Source of the DNA: Alphaproteobacteria bacterium RIFCSPLOWO2_01_FULL_40_26 | GTDB lineage: Bacteria > Pseudomonadota > Alphaproteobacteria > Rickettsiales > UBA1997 | DNA: 64,000 nucleotides | Assembly (NCBI GenBank): GCA_001767955.1 | Contig: MEMO01000016.1 | Location: 39,404-103,403 of the forward strand | Direction: 5' to 3' | Part shown: piece after piece, positions 37,728 through 47,176 of the stretch | Layout: the number at the start of each line of letters is the position of its first letter | How positions within the stretch are numbered: the first letter of the stretch is position 1 | Made by a program: the position numbers and the translations under genes | The notes under the pieces: model-generated | What the model was told of the DNA's origin: nothing | What the model saw: only the letters and a program-made list of their open reading frames with translations | Database searches by the model: none

Positions 37728-38429
37728 ATGCCGCAAAAATTCCAACAATTAAAAAAGGCGAAACGCTTGAAAAAATCTTCGCAGAAATGGCTGTTGCGAC
37801 AAATTAATGATCCTTTTATTGAGCGCGCCAAAGCTGAAGGATGGCGCTCTCGTGCTGCTTTCAAGATTATTGAAATTGATCAGAAATTTAAAATTTTTAA
37901 AAAAGGAAAAATCGTGGTTGATCTTGGCGCTGCGCCGGGAGGATGGTCGCAATATGCGGTGCAAAAAGTGGGTGAGGGCAATGTGATTGCGATTGACCTT
38001 TTGCCAATTGATCCGATTCCGGGAGTGAAATTTTTTGTTCAGAATTTTTTGTCAGAAGATGCGGCAAAAAAAATAATTTCCGGACTGGAAGGAAAATGCG
38101 ATATTCTGCTTTCCGACATGGCCGCAAACACCATGGGCGATAGACAAACCGATCATTTACGCATCATTGCACTGCTCGAAGAATCGCTAAATCTGGCGGA
38201 AAAAATTTTACGCCAAGGCGGATGTTTTGTGGGAAAAATTTTTCAAGGCGGAAGTTCCAACGAAATTCTAAAAAAACTCAGAAAAAACTTTTCGACCGTA
38301 AAATATTTCAAACCCGAATCTTCACGCAAAGATTCGGCAGAAACTTATTTGGTAGCATCGGGATTCACTCCGTATGACTCTGAAGAGGTGGAAGAAGGGA
38401 GGGGGGAGTTGTTTCGACAATTGCGCTAA
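37728..38429 (+). CDS. rlmE: 23S rRNA (uridine2552-2'-O)-methyltransferase RlmE/FtsJ
   Basis: SSQKWLLRQINDPFIERAKAEGWRSRAAFK and SAM motif VVDLGAAPGGWSQ. Confidence 0.92.
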   Translation: MPQKFQQLKKAKRLKKSSQKWLLRQINDPFIERAKAEGWRSRAAFKIIEIDQKFKIFKKGKIVVDLGAAPGGWSQYAVQKVGEGNVIAIDLLPIDPIPGVKFFVQNFLSEDAAKKIISGLEGKCDILLSDMAANTMGDRQTDHLRIIALLEESLNLAEKILRQGGCFVGKIFQGGSSNEILKKLRKNFSTVKYFKPESSRKDSAETYLVASGFTPYDSEEVEEGRGELFRQLR

Positions 38430-38637
38430 TGGCAGTTTCATTTGCCCGAATATTTGCATCATTTTTTGGCTTATCAGTTGCGGTTAATCTGTAGGAACAG
38501 CCGCTTTCATCTCCCACCTGTTGAAAACGGTAAGAACATTCGCGCCCAAAAAATCCCGGACTCAGAGTGTTTTTTTCAAGCAATTTGCAAGAGCTGGTTA
38601 ATACGGATAGAGCAACAAGAAATGAAAGGCGAAACAT
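38365..38637 (-). CDS. possible small lipoprotein
   Basis: MFRLSFLVALSVLTSSC signal plus lipobox. Two CSYR motifs. Its 3' end overlaps the rlmE 3' end. No homology evidence. Confidence 0.3.
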   Translation of the reverse strand: MFRLSFLVALSVLTSSCKLLEKNTLSPGFFGRECSYRFQQVGDESGCSYRLTATDKPKNDANIRANETAISAIVETTPPSLLPPLQSHTE

Positions 38638-38644
38638 GCGTCGG

Positions 38645-39619
38645 TTAAATATTGCCGCCAGAAATTATAACCAAAAATTTCTGGTTTCTTTGCGGTGGAT
38701 TGTTTTTTAAAAATTGCGCCAAACCAGCAACGGCAAGTGCTGATGTCGGCTCAATTTTTTCCAGCAAAATTTCTGAAAGTTTTTTTTGCCAGAAAATTAT
38801 TTCTTTTTCAGAAATTTCCAAAATGCCAGCAATTTTTTTGATGTAATTGAAGCAACGCTCTGATGTCGCTAGAGTTCTGGCGCCATCGGCAATTGTATCT
38901 GGCGTGTCATCAAAATGAAAAATCTTTCCTTCACGAAGCGAGCGTGCCGTATCGTTGGCATTTAGTGGCTCACAGCCAAAAATTTTTGCCTGCGGCGAAA
39001 GTTTTTGCGCCGCCAAAAAACATCCTGAAATTAATCCACCGCCACCAAGAGGTGCAAAAATTGCTGCGACCTCTCCGATTTCTAGAAGTGCTTCCAAAGC
39101 AGACGTACCTTGGCCGCAAATCACATCATCATTGTCAGAAGGATGAATGAAAAAATATCCTTCCTGCTGTTTTTTTTCCGCGGCACGATTTACCTCGTCT
39201 CTTCTTTCAAACAAAACCACCTCAGCGCCAAGATTTTTTGCCACAGCAATCTTCACCGGCGAGGCTTTTTTTATCATGTAAATCAGGGTCGGAATTCCAA
39301 ATTTTTCCCCCACATAAGCGATCGCCTGAGCATGATTTCCTGAAGAGTGAACCACGATTTTTTTCGGAAAATTTCCATTTTTTTCAGCAAAATTTAACAC
39401 CGCATTAAACGCTCCACGCGCCTTGAAAGAATTGGTTTCCTGCTGATTTTCCATTTTAAAAAAAACCTGCGCGCCAAATTCGTTGTTTAATTTTTGATCT
39501 GAAATTAGCGGCGTGTTTCTGATGTGATCTTCAATGCGACGATGCGCTTTCAAAACATCGTCAAATGTTAATTCGGAAAAAAGCGGGGGCGAATGAGTTT
39601 GAATACAGGCTCTAATCAT
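38645..39619 (-). CDS. PLP-dependent threonine/serine dehydratase family enzyme (no regulatory domain)
   Basis: SFKARGAFN (PLP lysine), SSGNHAQAIAY, GGGGLISG. Confidence 0.85.
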   Translation of the reverse strand: MIRACIQTHSPPLFSELTFDDVLKAHRRIEDHIRNTPLISDQKLNNEFGAQVFFKMENQQETNSFKARGAFNAVLNFAEKNGNFPKKIVVHSSGNHAQAIAYVGEKFGIPTLIYMIKKASPVKIAVAKNLGAEVVLFERRDEVNRAAEKKQQEGYFFIHPSDNDDVICGQGTSALEALLEIGEVAAIFAPLGGGGLISGCFLAAQKLSPQAKIFGCEPLNANDTARSLREGKIFHFDDTPDTIADGARTLATSERCFNYIKKIAGILEISEKEIIFWQKKLSEILLEKIEPTSALAVAGLAQFLKNNPPQRNQKFLVIISGGNI

Positions 39620-40083
39620 TATTTGATTTCAAAAATTGCGTCAACTTCAACAGCAACGCCGAAAGGAAGCGAGCCAGAACCGACGGCGGCGCGAGCATGT
39701 TTGCCGGCATCGCCCAACACTTCAACCATAAGGTCGGAAGCGCCGTTGGCAACGGATGGATGATCTTTGAAACCGGCATCGCCATTGACGAAAATTCCAA
39801 GCTTGATGCAGCGAACTACGCGATCCAAATTGCCATCGCAGGCAAGTTTTAATTGAGCGAGAATGTTGATAGCACAAAGGCGTGCGGCTTTCTTGGCATC
39901 TTCAGCGGAAATTTCCAATCCGACTTTGCCGATAAACTGCAACTTGCCTTCAGCAAGAGGAAGCTGACCGGAAACAAAAATCTGATTTCCCGATTTCACA
40001 AATCCGACATAGTTGGCAACAGGCACCGCTGGAGTTGGCAAGACAATTCCGAGCGATGAAAGTTTTTGGTCAATTTTCGACAT
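39619..40083 (-). CDS. ridA: RidA/YjgF-family reactive-intermediate deaminase
   Basis: ATG 40083 gives MSKIDQKLSSLGIVLP... and C-terminal VAVEVDAIFEI. Its stop codon overlaps the start of the dehydratase-like gene at 39619. Confidence 0.8.
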   Translation of the reverse strand: MSKIDQKLSSLGIVLPTPAVPVANYVGFVKSGNQIFVSGQLPLAEGKLQFIGKVGLEISAEDAKKAARLCAINILAQLKLACDGNLDRVVRCIKLGIFVNGDAGFKDHPSVANGASDLMVEVLGDAGKHARAAVGSGSLPFGVAVEVDAIFEIK

Positions 40084-40102
40084 TTGTTCTCCTTGTTTGT
40101 TT

Positions 40103-41122
40103 TTATTTTCCCGCAATCCCAAGTTTTTCAAAAAGTCTGCGATCGCGCTCCATTTCCGGGTTTGAGGTGGTAAGTAATTTTTCGCCATAAAAAATCGAAT
40201 TAGCTCCGGCAAGAAAACACAAAGCTTGGGTTTGCTCATTCATATTTTCACGGCCGGCTGACAAACGCACCACAGATTTTGGCATCATGATGCGCGCAAC
40301 GGCAATGGTTCGGACAAATTCGAATTGATCGAGATCTTCAACTTTTTCAAGCGGCGTGCCCTTGACTTTCACCAACATGTTGATTGGAACTGATTCGGGA
40401 TGCTTCGGCAAATTAGCGAGCACGATCAGCATTTTTGCCCGATCTTCACGCATTTCTCCCATGCCGACAATTCCGCCCGAACAAACATTCAGGCCGGCTT
40501 CGCGCACGTTTTTGAGGGTGTTGAGACGATCCTCAAAACTGCGCGTGGAAATAATTTCCGAATAAAATTCTGGCGAAGAGTCGATATTGTGGTTGTAGTA
40601 ATCAAGCCCGGCATCCTTGAGTTTCTTGCTTTGCGAGTCGGTTAGCATTCCAAGCGTCATACAGGTTTCAAGGCCGGTTTTTTTTACCGCATCGACAATT
40701 TCACAAATCTTTTTTACATCGCGATCATGAAGATTTCTCCATGCCGCTCCCATGCAAAACCTTGAAGCACCAGCTTCTTTCGCTGCTTTGGCGGCATCAA
40801 GAATTTTTGAAATTTCCATCAGCGCAGATTTTTCAAGACCAGTGTTATAATGCGCCGATTGCGGACAATATTTGCAATTTTCCGGACAGGAACCGGTTTT
40901 GATGCTTAAAAGCGTGCTGATTTGCACCGCATTCGGATTGTGATTTTGGCGATGAATTTCCGCCGCTTTGAAAACAAGATCGGAAAATGGCAATACAAAA
41001 AGTTGTTCGACTTCCGCAACCTTCCAATCATGACGAGTATTAAAATCGTAAGATAAAACGGGTAATTCCGTTGATTCCGTTTGGCAGAGTTCTTTCATTA
41101 TTCTTTCCAGATAATATGGCAT
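40103..41122 (-). CDS. bioB: biotin synthase (alternative start 41098)
   Basis: Radical-SAM [30 protein letters not shown]. Confidence 0.93.
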   Translation of the reverse strand: MPYYLERIMKELCQTESTELPVLSYDFNTRHDWKVAEVEQLFVLPFSDLVFKAAEIHRQNHNPNAVQISTLLSIKTGSCPENCKYCPQSAHYNTGLEKSALMEISKILDAAKAAKEAGASRFCMGAAWRNLHDRDVKKICEIVDAVKKTGLETCMTLGMLTDSQSKKLKDAGLDYYNHNIDSSPEFYSEIISTRSFEDRLNTLKNVREAGLNVCSGGIVGMGEMREDRAKMLIVLANLPKHPESVPINMLVKVKGTPLEKVEDLDQFEFVRTIAVARIMMPKSVVRLSAGRENMNEQTQALCFLAGANSIFYGEKLLTTSNPEMERDRRLFEKLGIAGK

Positions 41123-42183
41123 TTGAAGAGCTCGCCCATTTGATCAGGCGCGATTAAACGATCAATAGCGGAATTTTCGTTTGGCAATTTTTTGCGGCGC
41201 TCTTCGATGCCAAGCGAAATTAAAAATTCCCTTTGCGTTAATAATTGCGAATTCAGATTAAAATTTTTGGCGATTTTATCGAGCGCGGAAAAATCAACAT
41301 GGGCGGTAATGTCGCAATCTTTTTCAAACAGGCTAACTTTGCGGTGATTTTTTACAGCTTGCAAAGTGTTGGCAAATTCATTTTGAGACTGTCGCAAATC
41401 CCCATTTCTTACCATTTTTAAACTCGACGAGTCCTTGTAAATCAAGGGATCAGATTTTTCAGAAAGTTGATTTGCGACATGGTCATTTTGGACATAGCCA
41501 TAATCAAAATTGATGGCGATTCCACCGTGAATATTCAAGGCTTCGCAGAGTTGTGTCATAAATTTTCGCGCAGCGAAACTATATTCAAAAACCGCACCGA
41601 TTCTAGCGAGGGAGGTTATTTCTTTTTCCACAAACTGATGAAGTTTCAAATCAAAATTCCTGATCACAAACCTTTCTGAATCAATCAAACGCTCGCACCA
41701 GCCAATGTCGGTTTTGATGAATTGGTCGATGGGAAAACAATCAAAAAGTTCGTTGGAAAGGAAAAAAATTTGCCCATTTTTTTGTTGCAGAAACTCATCA
41801 AAACTTTCATGCCATTCAACTTCAAAATCCTTCAATTTTTCCTGCTGAATTTTTCTTAAAACCGGATTGATCTCAATGATGTGAAGTTCTGCAAACTCAA
41901 GAAAATCAATGGCTTGTGAGATTTTTTTATCGGCAAATTTTTTGATTGTGATCAGAATATCAAAAAACAAAGTTCCCTTTCCCGCGCCCATTTCCACCAG
42001 AGCAACTTTTGACTTTTTTGCAGAAAAAATCTGCAAAAAACAGGCGGCAATTAATTCACCAAACACCTGAGAAATTTCCGGAGAAGTTATGAAATCGGCG
42101 AGAGGATTTTTGGTGTGGTAATAGCCTTGTTCTTTATCAAACAAGGCTTCTTGCATGAAATGTGAAATACCTATGGCCGCCAA
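41098..42183 (-). CDS. class I SAM-dependent methyltransferase, NDUFAF7/MidA (DUF185)-like, carrying an in-frame repeat insertion
   Basis: [27 protein letters not shown] and DYGY...TLQAVKNH...DITAHVDFS pattern. The segment [35 protein letters not shown] is encoded by repeat E2. Confidence 0.8.
   Translation of the reverse strand: MAAIGISHFMQEALFDKEQGYYHTKNPLADFITSPEISQVFGELIAACFLQIFSAKKSKVALVEMGAGKGTLFFDILITIKKFADKKISQAIDFLEFAELHIIEINPVLRKIQQEKLKDFEVEWHESFDEFLQQKNGQIFFLSNELFDCFPIDQFIKTDIGWCERLIDSERFVIRNFDLKLHQFVEKEITSLARIGAVFEYSFAARKFMTQLCEALNIHGGIAINFDYGYVQNDHVANQLSEKSDPLIYKDSSSLKMVRNGDLRQSQNEFANTLQAVKNHRKVSLFEKDCDITAHVDFSALDKIAKNFNLNSQLLTQREFLISLGIEERRKKLPNENSAIDRLIAPDQMGELFKCHIIWKE
41387..41484. 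repeat. palindromic repeat family E, copy E2, inside the methyltransferase gene
   Basis: gactgtcgcaaatcccca...tccttgtaaatcaaggga...gatttgcgacatggtc, reverse-complement orientation relative to E1. Confidence 0.9.
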
Positions 42184-42938
42184 TTGAGGAAATTTTTTAA
42201 CAATTTTAATCCCGTTTCACCGCTTTTTTCGGGGTGGAATTGCACACCAAAAATATTTTCCTTCGCCACAATTGCGGTAAGTTTATCGCCATATTCAACT
42301 TGCGCCAAAACGTTATTTTCATTCTGACAAACAAAGTGATAGGAATTGGCAAAATAAAAATGTTCACCATTTTCTATACCTTGCAGAACCGCATGTTTAT
42401 TGGGTTTAATAATAATATCGTTCCAGCCCATATGCGGGATTTTTAGAATCGACCCCCCATCCCCCTCCAGGGGGAGGTCGCGCATACGCGTCGACTTCTT
42501 CGTTAAGAGAGATTGAGTTTGCGAGAAGAGAGATTGAGTTTGCGGGAGGTCGCGCATACGCGTCGACTTCTTCGCTGAATTAGCATCGAGAATTTGAGGA
42601 ATTTTTTCAACATGCCCGTTGATAAATCCCAATCCCTGATGCTCGCCATTTTCATATCCGATATTGGCCAAAACCTGCATGCCGACACAAATTCCAAGAA
42701 AAGGTTTTTTTTCTTTTAAAACCTGATTGCGCATTTCCGGCAAAAATCCTTCCATGTTTTTAAGACTATCCATGCAATCACCAAACGCACCAACGCCGGG
42801 CAAAATCAGATAATTGGCTGATTTGAGATCGGAAATTTTATTCGAAACCGTGATTTCTTGGGGATTGGCAATATGCGATAGAGCATTGGCAACCGAACAC
42901 ACATTGCCGGCGCCATAATCGATGATGAGTATCTTCAT
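42171..42938 (-). CDS. hisH: imidazole glycerol phosphate synthase glutamine amidotransferase subunit HisH carrying an in-frame repeat insertion
   Basis: [26 protein letters not shown] (catalytic Cys), PHMGWN, GVQFHPEKS. An insert of about 45 aa, ...KKSTRMRDLPQTQSLFSQTQSLLTKKSTRMRDLPLEGDGGS, is encoded by repeat F1. Confidence 0.9.
   Translation of the reverse strand: MKILIIDYGAGNVCSVANALSHIANPQEITVSNKISDLKSANYLILPGVGAFGDCMDSLKNMEGFLPEMRNQVLKEKKPFLGICVGMQVLANIGYENGEHQGLGFINGHVEKIPQILDANSAKKSTRMRDLPQTQSLFSQTQSLLTKKSTRMRDLPLEGDGGSILKIPHMGWNDIIIKPNKHAVLQGIENGEHFYFANSYHFVCQNENNVLAQVEYGDKLTAIVAKENIFGVQFHPEKSGETGLKLLKNFLNWRP
42450..42584. repeat. repeat family F, copy F1 (partly duplicated), inside hisH
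   Basis: gaccccccatccccctccaggg-ggaggtcgcgcatacgcgtcgacttcttcg-(agagagattgagtttgcg)x2-ggaggtcgcgcatacgcgtcgacttcttcg. Boundaries approximate. Confidence 0.88.
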
Positions 42939-43306
42939 GCAACTCTGAAACTTTTAGCAAAACGTAATTCTGCATCAGTTTGATCCTGCCCAAAAACAAA
43001 ACCGACAAACTCATAGCCCCTTTTTTTTAGATGCTCGCAAAGCCAGTAATTGGCATTTAGAGCTACGATGAAGATGAAAAAAAATTCCAAAATCATCTTA
43101 TCAAAAGACGAGGAAATCTGGCCGAACCAGACAAAAACGATATTAATCACAACCAGCGCTACGCTTTCTCTCCACATCCTGTGATATAAAAACCACAGGA
43201 TGCTGAAAAAAAATGCTGCGAAAGAAAAACCTTCCGAAAGCAAAACAATGTCGGGATTTTCTGCGTTAGAATTTTTTTTGATCAGAGCGCTGTAAATCTT
43301 TGTCAT
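42935..43306 (-). CDS. DUF2628-family small membrane protein
   Basis: [19 protein letters not shown] motif and two TM helices. Confidence 0.65.
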   Translation of the reverse strand: MTKIYSALIKKNSNAENPDIVLLSEGFSFAAFFFSILWFLYHRMWRESVALVVINIVFVWFGQISSSFDKMILEFFFIFIVALNANYWLCEHLKKRGYEFVGFVFGQDQTDAELRFAKSFRVA

Positions 43307-43659
43307 CTCATCGCCGCTTTGGCCTTTTCAACAATTTTGCCAAAAGTTTCCGGCTCTCTAATCGCCAAATCGGAAAGCACTTTGCGGTCAAGATCAATTT
43401 GAGCGGCTTTCAGGCCGCTGATAAATCTTGAATAAATCAAACCATGCTCGCGAACCGCGGCGTTGATGCGCTGGATCCAAAGACTACGAAAATCTCTTTT
43501 TCTCACTTTGCGATCGCGATAGGCATATTGCATCGCCTTTTCAACCTTCTCAATTGCAACACGGAAACAGTTTTTAGCACGACCGCGATAGCCTTTGGCC
43601 ATCTTTAAGATTTTTTTGTGACGGGCTTTTTTGGTTACACCTCTTTTTACACGACTCAT
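43303..43659 (-). CDS. rplT: 50S ribosomal protein L20
   Basis: [27 protein letters not shown]. Confidence 0.96.
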   Translation of the reverse strand: MSRVKRGVTKKARHKKILKMAKGYRGRAKNCFRVAIEKVEKAMQYAYRDRKVRKRDFRSLWIQRINAAVREHGLIYSRFISGLKAAQIDLDRKVLSDLAIREPETFGKIVEKAKAAMR

Positions 43660-43686
43660 TTTTCTCCTGTAGTTATGCGCCCTCTT

Positions 43687-43797
43687 GACCCCCCGCCCCC
43701 CTATCCCACTAAATAGGGGGATAGGGGGAGGTCGCGCATTCGTTCGCTTTGCTCACTACGCGTCGACTTCTTTGTGGAGGATAGTTTGAGTTTGCGG
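43687..43797. repeat. repeat family F, copy F2 (rpmI-rplT spacer)
   Basis: gaccccccgcccccctatccc..gggatagggggaggtcgcgcat[17-nt insert]tacgcgtcgacttctttg..gatagtttgagtttgcgg. Same orientation as F1. Confidence 0.85.
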
Positions 43798-43804
43798 TTA
43801 TATT

Positions 43805-44008
43805 TTAATGATTATACGGCATTTTATACTTCAAAACACTGGCTGTATTGCCTTCGGCGAGCACGGCGCTTTTGCGCAGGCTGCGAATTTGCCTCTGACT
43901 TTTTTTGCCGAGATTGTGTCTTTTGCCGGCCTGCTTGTGCAGAATTTTTCCGCTACCGGTTACTTTGAAGCGCTTTTTGGCGCTGCTATTTGTTTTCATT
44001 TTTGGCAT
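43805..44008 (-). CDS. rpmI: 50S ribosomal protein L35
   Basis: ATG 44008 gives MPKMKTNSSAKKRFKVTGSGK. Confidence 0.93.
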   Translation of the reverse strand: MPKMKTNSSAKKRFKVTGSGKILHKQAGKRHNLGKKSQRQIRSLRKSAVLAEGNTASVLKYKMPYNH

Positions 44009-44074
44009 GATACCTCTTTGAATTGCAGAAACACGGGTGGACAAGGTCGCTTTGAAACCCATGAATCCAAGATG

Positions 44075-44147
44075 TGGGATTGGTAGGAATCGAACCTACG
44101 ACCAAGGCGTTATGAGCGCCCTGCTCTAACCTCTGAGCTACAATCCC
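44075..44147 (-). tRNA. tRNA with anticodon CAT (elongator Met or lysidine-Ile2), no encoded CCA
   Basis: Minus strand gggattg ta gctc agaggtta gagc a gggcg ctCATaa cgcct tggtc gtagg ttcgatt cctac caatccc a. Not initiator-like, because positions 1-72 pair. Confidence 0.85.
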
Positions 44148-44222
44148 GTAATCAGGGCCCGTAATCAGGGATTGTGTGCGGGGCGGCGCAAATTAGAGAC
44201 GGAGAGCTTTTTTGCAAGTGAG

Positions 44223-44741
44223 TTATTGCTTTGCCTTGGCCACGCAAACCAGAGCTGGACGGATTAAACGATCGGCGATGGAATATCCGGCTTGAATAAC
44301 CTGCATCACAATTCCTTCTTCCGCATCCGATTCAATGTGGGCAATGGCTTCATGAAAATGGTGATCGAATTTCTGATTCAGCGGATGAATTCTTTTGACC
44401 TGATTTTTTTCTAAAACTTTCAGCAATTCTTTTTCGGTCATCGCGATGGCATCGGCATAATTTTTAATCGCAGGATTTTTTTCGATTTCATCTTTTGGCG
44501 CATTTTCTGAAGCAAGAAAAAAATTTTCTGCGACCATAACCAGATCGGAAACAAAGTTGGAGATGGCAAATTTTGCCGTCTTCTCAAGCTCTTCGCGCGA
44601 TCTTCTACGCACATTGTCAAGCTCGGCCAGGGCGCGCAATAATTTGTCGTTTAGTTCGGAATTTTTTTGCTCGAGATCCAAAATCTTTTCTTCGAGAGGG
44701 TTTTTTTCCGGCGCGATTTCAGTTTTATTTTCTTCAGTCAT
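44223..44741 (-). CDS. grpE: nucleotide exchange factor GrpE
   Basis: [14 protein letters not shown]-terminal [14 protein letters not shown]. Confidence 0.93.
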   Translation of the reverse strand: MTEENKTEIAPEKNPLEEKILDLEQKNSELNDKLLRALAELDNVRRRSREELEKTAKFAISNFVSDLVMVAENFFLASENAPKDEIEKNPAIKNYADAIAMTEKELLKVLEKNQVKRIHPLNQKFDHHFHEAIAHIESDAEEGIVMQVIQAGYSIADRLIRPALVCVAKAKQ

Positions 44742-44819
44742 TTTTTAATGAATTTTCGCACAACATAAATTCCGATGCAGTAGTTTCAAGATTGCTTTCA
44801 AAGATTTTATTTTTATACT

Positions 44820-44995
44820 CAATCCAGCTGAAGAAGCCGATTTATGACGAAGCATTTTTGAGGAAAAATTGCGACCCCGTCGACGCGCAGCGCGACAAAA
44901 CAGAATGCGGGCTGTATCAAGTGATACAGCCAAATTCTCCGAGCAAATTTTTACCAAAAAGGCGAAGTCAGAAATCGGCTTCTTCAGCTGGATTG
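44820..44995. repeat. palindromic repeat family H, copy H1 (grpE-clpP spacer)
   Basis: Terminal inverted repeat caatccagctgaagaagccgattt / aaatcggcttcttcagctggattg. Internal hairpin gctgtatcaagtgatacagc. Confidence 0.88.
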
Positions 44996-45031
44996 GGTAT
45001 AGAAATTCGCAAAATTAAATTTCACAAATTC

Positions 45032-45658
45032 ATGTCAGAAAAAATTCTCGATCAGGCTAATTACCTGATTCCGATGGTAATCGAACAAACCGCAAGAGGT
45101 GAGCGCTCTTTCGACATTTACTCTCGCTTACTGAAAGAACGCATCATTTTTTTATCAGGACCGGTGAATGATCAGGTTTCCTCTTTGATCGTAGCACAAC
45201 TTCTTTTTCTCGAATCGGAAGATCCAAAAAAAGACATTTATTTTTACATCAATTCGCCCGGCGGTATTGTGACTTCCGGCCTCGCCATGTATGATACCAT
45301 GCAATATATCCGTCCCGATGTCGCAACGCTTTGTATCGGACAGGCGGCTTCGATGGGCTCTCTGCTTCTTGCCGCCGGAACTTCAGGAAAAAGATTTTGT
45401 TTGCCCAATTCGCGCATCATGATTCATCAGCCAAGTGGTGGTTTTCAAGGACAGGCCAGCGATATCGAGATCCACGCGCAAGAAACCATAAATCTGAAAA
45501 AAAGACTCAACGAGATTTATGCCAAGCACACCGGACAAAAATTATCCGCAATCGAAAAAGCCATGGATCGCGATAATTTCATGTCGCCAGAGAAAGCTAA
45601 AGAATTCGGGCTTGTAGATGAAGTAATAACCAGAAGACCAGACAAGAATGACAAATAA
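45032..45658 (+). CDS. clpP: ATP-dependent Clp protease proteolytic subunit
   Basis: First ATG gives [34 protein letters not shown]. Active-site GQAASMGS. The track ORF 44573.. is read-through of H1. Confidence 0.95.
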   Translation: MSEKILDQANYLIPMVIEQTARGERSFDIYSRLLKERIIFLSGPVNDQVSSLIVAQLLFLESEDPKKDIYFYINSPGGIVTSGLAMYDTMQYIRPDVATLCIGQAASMGSLLLAAGTSGKRFCLPNSRIMIHQPSGGFQGQASDIEIHAQETINLKKRLNEIYAKHTGQKLSAIEKAMDRDNFMSPEKAKEFGLVDEVITRRPDKNDK

Positions 45659-46937
45659 AAAACACGAAAACGAAAAAGAGCTATCATGCTCCTTTTGCGG
45701 CAAAACACAGCATGAAGTAAAAAAACTAATCGCCGGTCCGGCGTCCTTCATCTGCAACGAGTGCGTTGGGTTGAGCATGGATATTTTGCGCGAAGAGCAA
45801 AAAAAATCGCCGCTGAAAAAGCCTGATGGCGGCAAGCCGACTCCGCAGGATATTCTCAAAATTCTCAACGAATATGTCGTTGGCCAAAATCACGCCAAAA
45901 AAGTTTTGTCGGTTGCGGTTTACAATCACTACAAACGCATTGATTCAAGTGGTCTCGTCGCAGCAGATAGCGTCGAGCTGGCCAAATCAAACATTCTGAT
46001 GATTGGGCCAACCGGCTGCGGCAAAACTCTGCTCGCTCAAACTTTGGCGCGGATTCTGGATGTACCTTTTACCATGGCCGACGCCACCTCTCTTACTGAA
46101 GCCGGTTATGTCGGCGACGATGTTGAAAATATCATCGCCAGGCTTTTGCAAGCGGCAAATTATGATATTGAAAAAACCCAGCGCGGCATTGTTTACATTG
46201 ACGAAATTGACAAAATCGCGCGCAAATCAGAAGACAATACGCGTCGCGATATTTCCGGCGAGGGTGTGCAGCAAGGTTTGTTGAAAATCATCGAGGGCAC
46301 GGTTGCTTCCGTTCCGACTCAACCGGGACGCAAAAACTCACAACAGGAATATGTTCAGATTGATACGCGCAACATTCTGTTTATCTGCGCCGGCGCGTTT
46401 TCCGGTCTGGAAAAAATCATCGTGGTCCGCGGCAGCAAATCAACCATCGGCTTTGGCGCCGATGTGCGCGAAAAAGACGATCTCTCGCGCAAGGATATCT
46501 TCACCAAAGTTGAGCCTGATGATCTGATAAAATTCGGCATGATTCCAGAAATTGTCGGCAGATTGCCAATAATTGCTCCGCTTGAAGGCTTAACCGAAGA
46601 GGATTTAACCAGAATTTTATCCGAACCAAAAAATGCGGTCACCAAACAATATCAAAAACTTTTTGCTCTGGACAAAGTCGAGCTGGAATTTGAGGAAGCG
46701 GCACTAAAAGAAATCGCCAAACGCGCAATCGATCGCAAAACCGGCGCCCGCGGGCTTCGCGCTATTGCCGAAAATATTCTGCTTGATGCGATGTTTAACA
46801 TTCCGTCGCAAAAAAATGTCAAATCGATTGCGGTAACAAAAGAATCAATCGCCAAAAACAAGCCTTTGGCCATAACTCATCTGAGCGAAAAGGAGATCGA
46901 GGAAAGAGGAGATAAAAAGGCGATATCGGTTGTTTAG
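45648..46937 (+). CDS. clpX: ATP-dependent Clp protease ATP-binding subunit ClpX
   Basis: Zn finger CSFCGK...CNEC, Walker A GPTGCGKT. Confidence 0.97.
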   Translation: MTNKKHENEKELSCSFCGKTQHEVKKLIAGPASFICNECVGLSMDILREEQKKSPLKKPDGGKPTPQDILKILNEYVVGQNHAKKVLSVAVYNHYKRIDSSGLVAADSVELAKSNILMIGPTGCGKTLLAQTLARILDVPFTMADATSLTEAGYVGDDVENIIARLLQAANYDIEKTQRGIVYIDEIDKIARKSEDNTRRDISGEGVQQGLLKIIEGTVASVPTQPGRKNSQQEYVQIDTRNILFICAGAFSGLEKIIVVRGSKSTIGFGADVREKDDLSRKDIFTKVEPDDLIKFGMIPEIVGRLPIIAPLEGLTEEDLTRILSEPKNAVTKQYQKLFALDKVELEFEEAALKEIAKRAIDRKTGARGLRAIAENILLDAMFNIPSQKNVKSIAVTKESIAKNKPLAITHLSEKEIEERGDKKAISVV

Positions 46938-46945
46938 GTGGTTGT

Positions 46946-47109
46946 TAGAGCCTGTCTTAAAACCCAACGTGTCTCGATTTTCCATAAATTTTGAGCGACT
47001 TTTTGGCAAAATTTTGCCGCTGTATTCAACATACTGCAAAAAATTTTGCCAAAAAACGAGCCAAAATTTATGGAAAATCGAGGCGCGGTGGGTTTTAAGA
47101 CAGGCTCTA
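46946..47109. mobile_element. MITE-like palindrome family G, copy G2
   Basis: tagagcctgtcttaaaacccaac..tctcgattttccataaattttg...caaaatttatggaaaatcgag..gtgggttttaagacaggctcta, 164 bp, TA-flanked. Confidence 0.85.
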
Positions 47110-47152
47110 GAGCCTGTGTCTGGAATATTTCGTGCATCGTGCTTCGGTAATA
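47110..47152. repeat. family A-like half element (A3) abutting G2
   Basis: gagcctgtgtctggaatatttcgtgcatcgtgcttcggtaat. It resembles the left arm of A2 (cttgtgtct...tcgtgcttcgtgc). No matching right arm. Confidence 0.55.
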
Positions 47153-47176
47153 TTGCGTCTCTAAGTATAGCGCCGA

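Noticed and set aside
44141-44180. Direct repeat cgtaatcaggg x2, plus gggattgt inverted relative to the tRNA-Met 5' end
   Set aside because: It is short (8-11 nt) and could arise by chance or be a trivial leader hairpin. No other copies were seen in the window.
44573-45031. N-terminal 153-codon extension of the clpP ORF
   Set aside because: The extension is antisense to grpE and then reads through repeat H1. The canonical ClpP N-terminus starts at ATG 45032.
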